From positions 72,582 through 136,581 of the forward strand of contig JACDDS010000003.1 of assembly GCA_013816805.1 (NCBI GenBank): a DNA stretch of 64,000 nt, in the 5' to 3' direction. Source of the DNA: Chitinophagales bacterium. GTDB lineage: Bacteria; Bacteroidota; Bacteroidia; Chitinophagales; UBA10324. The position numbers were made by a program, and so were the translations under genes. Of this stretch, positions 60,160-64,000 are shown in pieces. The notes beneath the pieces are model-generated. The model saw nothing but the letters and a program-made list of their open reading frames with translations, had not been told where the DNA came from and did no database searches. Each line of letters begins with the position of its first letter. The first letter of the stretch is position 1.

Positions 60160-61026
60160 ATGAATAGAAAGCAAGTATTCGCAATGCTTCTGATGTCCGG
60201 CATCGTTTTTAATTCTTTTGCACAAAACGTTACAGAAGGCTTTTCAAAATCTCCTCACGGCTTATTGTATAAAATTATTATTGATGCCCATAAGCCAAAA
60301 GCAAATGTGGGGGACATTATTAAACTGAATCTTTTGTACAGCACGCAAAATGATTCCGTTCTATTCTCAACATTCGACCAGGGAATCGGTCCGGTACAAT
60401 TTAATGTGAGTGATCCTACTTTTAGTGGCGATCCCATGGAAGGTTTTGCAATGCTTGGCCAAGGTGACAGTGCTGTATTCCTCATGTCAACGGATTCTGC
60501 TTATAAGAACCAGGATGAGATGCCACCTTTTGCTAAAAAGGGACAGTATATTAAAATTAGTGTGAATGTTCTATCCTTAATGGGAAAAGAAGAATACGAT
60601 AAAAAACAAAAAGAAGAAGCTGCTATGCAAACTGAACTTGAAGTAAAAACGATTGAAGATTATCTGGCAAAAAATAACCTGAAGGCTCAAAAGGATCCCT
60701 CAGGAATTTATTATATCGTTACAAAACAAGGTGAGGGCCCACGGGTACAAAGCGGCCAGACCGTAACTGTGAACTATACCGGAAAACTAATGGATGGAAC
60801 AGTATTTGACTCTTCCCTTAAGCCAGGCAGGCACCCCTATGATGTTACCATTGGAGTTAGCCAGGTAATCAAAGGATGGCATATAGGAATAGCCTTATTG
60901 AATGTAGGGAGTAAAGGAACCATAATAATACCTTCTGCTTTGGGTTACGGATCGCGGGGTTCAGGCAGTCAAATACCACCTAACAGTATCCTGATATTTG
61001 ATATTGATGTTCTTGCAGCAAAATAA
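60160..61026 (+). CDS. FKBP-type peptidyl-prolyl isomerase, secreted paralogue of the preceding gene
   Basis: 288 aa with a signal peptide and the same two-domain architecture (VNYTGKLMDGTVFDSS...VIKGW...LGYGSRG...IPPNSILIFDI). Confidence 0.85.
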   Translation: MNRKQVFAMLLMSGIVFNSFAQNVTEGFSKSPHGLLYKIIIDAHKPKANVGDIIKLNLLYSTQNDSVLFSTFDQGIGPVQFNVSDPTFSGDPMEGFAMLGQGDSAVFLMSTDSAYKNQDEMPPFAKKGQYIKISVNVLSLMGKEEYDKKQKEEAAMQTELEVKTIEDYLAKNNLKAQKDPSGIYYIVTKQGEGPRVQSGQTVTVNYTGKLMDGTVFDSSLKPGRHPYDVTIGVSQVIKGWHIGIALLNVGSKGTIIIPSALGYGSRGSGSQIPPNSILIFDIDVLAAK

Positions 61027-61095
61027 GTGGTAGTGAACACTTCAAACAGATTGATGAATGTGAGCTCATCTACTCACCTTTCCTGTGATCTTTCC

Positions 61096-62325
61096 TCAGT
61101 GAACAAAAATTAATTTTTCTGTAATAGATTCGCTGTTGTTCTTAAATTGTACATAGTAAATACCATTTTCAATAAAAGTTAAAGAAACCTTAAGAATAGA
61201 AGCTGCATTGATAGAAATAGGTTTTGTATAGATCATCTGCGCTGATAAATTATAAACATTCAAAACGCCTTTAAATGGTGATTTTGGTGATAGGTTTTCA
61301 ACCGTAAAACTTCCTTCCGCGGCATTAGGTAACATTTTTAATTGTGGTTGTTCCGGATTCTCCGGATACGAAATGCCGGTGGTTAAATTACATTCTTCCT
61401 GTGTAAGTAACCGTGTATCAAAATGGTTGTAGAAAAATTTACTGCTTAGCATTAATACTGTATCCATCTGTGGTGATTCATTTGGTATGCCATGACCGAA
61501 TCCGAAAAAGGGATGCAGGTTGGATTCTATACTGTAGCGCATAGCTGCCTGATGAATATCATAACTTCCGTATAAATAAATTTGATTTGAATTGTAACCG
61601 CTGTGATAAGGCACGGTGGAATCTGCAGTACCATGAAAAAGATATTGTGGAATATCATTATTTTTCATCCAGCTGGTATCGTTAATTCCTCCCCAGCAAT
61701 TCACGATCGCCGTTAAGTGAGAAGAGTATCCCAGGTTGCCACTTCCTTCGTCTATAAGGCCAAGCTTTTGTTCATCTATAATGGGGTTAGCTTCCTCCGG
61801 ATCCCAGTAAGCGCAGGTTAATGCTGTAGCACCACCTGCAGAGATGCCAGTCATAAAAATGGCTGAAGTATCCACACAATAGTCCTGGGCATATCTCCTG
61901 AAATAGCGAATTGCGGCCTTTGCATCCTGTGTTGCTTCATAAGCTTCTTCGTAATTATCAGCTGTAGTAGACGCATCTTCAACACCAAGGCGATAATCAA
62001 TAGACGCTACTACCCAGCCGCGTGGTGCAAAGTATTGTGCAAAAACGGGTATATCCGCAGGCCCTCCTTTACTTCCTGAAGTAAAACCCCCGCCATGTAC
62101 ATAAATCAAAACGGGGCGTTGATAATCAGTAGAGGCACTCGGTTCATAAATATCCAGCAAAAGCTTTTCCTGAACGTCTTTTTGAAAGTTATAAGCAGAT
62201 CCGTATTGTATATCCGGAATGCGGTGATAAGCATATATGGAATCAAGGAATAGTCCGGGAATCTGAGCCCTGGAATCATTTATAAAAACAGATAAAATAA
62301 AAAAAAGTAAAAAGGTTACTTTCAA
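61096..62325 (-). CDS. Secreted alpha/beta-hydrolase (esterase/lipase, HGGG type) with T9SS C-terminal domain
   Basis: 409 aa. Signal peptide, oxyanion motif YVHGGGF, nucleophile elbow GISAGG, HGTADSTVP, GFGHG, and a C-terminal roughly 80-aa sorting domain (GIYYVQFKNNSESITEKLIFVH). Confidence 0.8.
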   Translation of the reverse strand: MKVTFLLFFILSVFINDSRAQIPGLFLDSIYAYHRIPDIQYGSAYNFQKDVQEKLLLDIYEPSASTDYQRPVLIYVHGGGFTSGSKGGPADIPVFAQYFAPRGWVVASIDYRLGVEDASTTADNYEEAYEATQDAKAAIRYFRRYAQDYCVDTSAIFMTGISAGGATALTCAYWDPEEANPIIDEQKLGLIDEGSGNLGYSSHLTAIVNCWGGINDTSWMKNNDIPQYLFHGTADSTVPYHSGYNSNQIYLYGSYDIHQAAMRYSIESNLHPFFGFGHGIPNESPQMDTVLMLSSKFFYNHFDTRLLTQEECNLTTGISYPENPEQPQLKMLPNAAEGSFTVENLSPKSPFKGVLNVYNLSAQMIYTKPISINAASILKVSLTFIENGIYYVQFKNNSESITEKLIFVH

Positions 62326-62335
62326 CGTTGCATGA

Positions 62336-63559
62336 TTATGGAATAATAATAATTTTTTGCTTGAATGCCTGATCCTTATTTTTCAATTCAGCAAAATAAA
62401 TTCCTGCTTCAAGAGAATTAATATTTATAGAAATTGACGATGAAGCTCCTATAGTAACTATCCGTGAATAAACTACCTGGCCGGATAAGCTGTAAAGTAA
62501 AAATGTTCCTGTAAACTCATTTAATGACGACCCATTATTGACTGTAAGGTCTCCTGATGAAATAGTTGGACGAATAGTAATACCACTTTGTTCAGGAACA
62601 GGGCTACTGCGTGAGCAAATTGTTTGCGAAAGTACGCTCTGTGGCAGATGAGCGTATAAAAAGTCATTGCTTAAAATCAACAAAGTGTCAAACTGGGGAG
62701 AGTCATCCGGTATTCCATGGCCGAAACCATAAAAGGGATGTAAATAAGATTCCATTCCGTAACGCAAGGCAGCTTCATGAATATCGTAGCTTCCGTAGAT
62801 ATATATGTTATTATTATTATACCCGGAAGTATAAGGCACTGTGGGATCGTTTGTTCCATGAAAAAGATATTGCGGTACATTATTGTTGTTTAACCACGAA
62901 GTATCATTAACCCCGCCCCAGCAACTCACTACAGCTCTTACTTTTGATGAGTAACCACTGTTATCATTTGTTTCCAGCAATCCTAATTTAGTTACGTCCA
63001 CAAATTTACCAGCCTCCTCCTGATCCCAATATGCAGTTTCGAGCGTCAGAGAACCTCCAGCCGAAGCACCTGTCATAAAAATAGCCGAGGTATCTATACA
63101 ATATTCATCAGCATGGGCCCGTAAAAACCGAACGGCTGCTTTGGCATCCTGTGTCGCTTCATATACCTCTTCAAAGTTATCAGTCGTTGATCTTACATTT
63201 TCTATACCCAACCGGTAATTGATTGAAACTGTAACCCATCCACGCTGTGCAAAATAACTGCAAACATCAGGTACCTTATTGTAATTATACTTATCCCCTG
63301 CAGTAAAACCTCCAGGATGTGCGTATACAAGCACCGGCCGAAGGTAAGATGTCACATTATCAGGTTCATACATATCTAATAATAAATTTTCCTGCTTGCT
63401 GTACTGATAATTATAAGCAGAGCTGTACTGAATATCCCCGGTTCTGCGGTAATTACTGTAAACAGGATTATGAAAAAGCCCCTCGATTTGAGAAAAAGCA
63501 AACTGAGAAAAGAAAAGAAGACTTAAAAAAGAGGGGAAAAAGAAACGTAACAAATTCAC
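62336..63559 (-). CDS. Secreted alpha/beta-hydrolase paralogue (HPGG variant) with T9SS C-terminal domain
   Basis: 407 aa. Collinear with the neighbouring gene (YEATQDAKAA..., DTSAIFMTGASAGG, QYLFHGTNDPTVPY, GFGHGIP) but with YAHPGGF in place of YVHGGGF. CTD GIYFAELKNKDQAFKQKIIIIP. Confidence 0.8.
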   Translation of the reverse strand: MNLLRFFFPSFLSLLFFSQFAFSQIEGLFHNPVYSNYRRTGDIQYSSAYNYQYSKQENLLLDMYEPDNVTSYLRPVLVYAHPGGFTAGDKYNYNKVPDVCSYFAQRGWVTVSINYRLGIENVRSTTDNFEEVYEATQDAKAAVRFLRAHADEYCIDTSAIFMTGASAGGSLTLETAYWDQEEAGKFVDVTKLGLLETNDNSGYSSKVRAVVSCWGGVNDTSWLNNNNVPQYLFHGTNDPTVPYTSGYNNNNIYIYGSYDIHEAALRYGMESYLHPFYGFGHGIPDDSPQFDTLLILSNDFLYAHLPQSVLSQTICSRSSPVPEQSGITIRPTISSGDLTVNNGSSLNEFTGTFLLYSLSGQVVYSRIVTIGASSSISININSLEAGIYFAELKNKDQAFKQKIIIIP

Positions 63560-63696
63560 TGTTATTATTTGCTCTTATGGAGCAAAAACAGTTCCAATGA
63601 AAATTACTTAGTGGCAGGTAGCATTTTACTCCAGGAAAATATTTAATATTATTAAAGCATGTTTATTGAACAGTATCCAATGCACAGGTTAATAAG

Positions 63697-63780
63697 TGCC
63701 GAAGGAGAGACTCGAACTCTCATGCCCTTGCGGGCACTGCGCCCTGAACACAGCGTGTCTACCAATTTCACCACTTCGGC
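63697..63780 (-). tRNA. tRNA-Leu (anticodon CAG), class II with a long variable arm
   Basis: The reverse complement has acceptor GCCGAAG/CTTCGGC, D arm GTG-AAATTGGTAGA-CAC, anticodon arm CTGTG-TTCAGGG-CGCAG (anticodon CAG), variable arm TGCCCGCAAGGGCAT, and T arm GAGAG-TTCGAGT-CTCTC. Discriminator A at 63697. Confidence 0.9.
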
Positions 63781-63884
63781 GGGAGCGCAAAATAACATCA
63801 AAATCACTAATCTCAATAGGAGTTCAAATTATATGATTATTACTAATGTGAATTAAAATGAAATTGTTTTCTCCCGGAATATAC

Positions 63885-64000
63885 TTATGCTGAAACATTG
63901 AATTCCCGCAAGGTTTGATTCAGTGAAGTTTTTTTATCGGTGCTTTCTTTACGTTTTCCTATTATCAGGGCACAGTTTACATTATAATCGCCGGCAGGAA
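63885..64000 (-). CDS. C-terminal fragment of an unidentified gene entering from beyond the window
   Basis: The minus frame is open from the window edge to the TAA at 63887-63885 (...PAGDYNVNCALIIGKRKESTDKKTSLNQTLREFNVSA*). It is too short to identify. Confidence 0.3.
   Translation of the reverse strand, partial: PAGDYNVNCALIIGKRKESTDKKTSLNQTLREFNVSA

Noticed and set aside
63659-63856. 65-aa plus-strand ORF.
   Set aside because: It is fully explained by the tRNA-Leu(CAG) gene on the opposite strand. The translation runs through the tRNA sequence.

Overview
This is a dense, AT-rich chromosomal segment from a Bacteroidota genome. The phylum call rests on gldA/gldF/gldG gliding-motility ABC genes, three proteins with T9SS C-terminal sorting domains, and the gene orders tRNA-Gln/prs/rplY/pth and miaB/sigma-54 activator/lptE-like/secG/groESL. 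I support about 58 coding regions, almost all housekeeping: aminoacyl-tRNA ligases GlyRS and MetRS, GroES/GroEL, DnaX, Prs, Pth, L25, Ndk, Gmk, LpxK, MiaB, SelD/SelU, and 2-oxoacid dehydrogenase E1 and E2. I also support two tRNAs (Gln-UUG, Leu-CAG), one multiply frameshifted pseudogene and two clear intrinsic terminators. I see no rRNA, CRISPR array, transposase, integrase or recognisable defence island. I do not see a convincing novel multi-gene system. The leads worth a second look are listed here. (1) An A9 run in dnaX contains the E. coli-type A_AAA_AAG heptamer in phase, at the domain III/linker boundary, with stops within a few codons in both alternative frames. (2) A T9SS-targeted protein fuses a CxxCH haem-c motif to a peptidylglycine-monooxygenase-like two-copper domain. 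(3) An orphan mini-HNH-like gene with a substituted active-site Asp sits behind the largest non-coding gap in the window (about 690 bp, AT-rich). (4) Three uncharacterised genes at 5.7-9.1 kb look like one operon. (5) Inverted repeats lie in the long groES upstream region, which has no CIRCE element. All functional calls come from reading motifs in the supplied translations. No database search was run.
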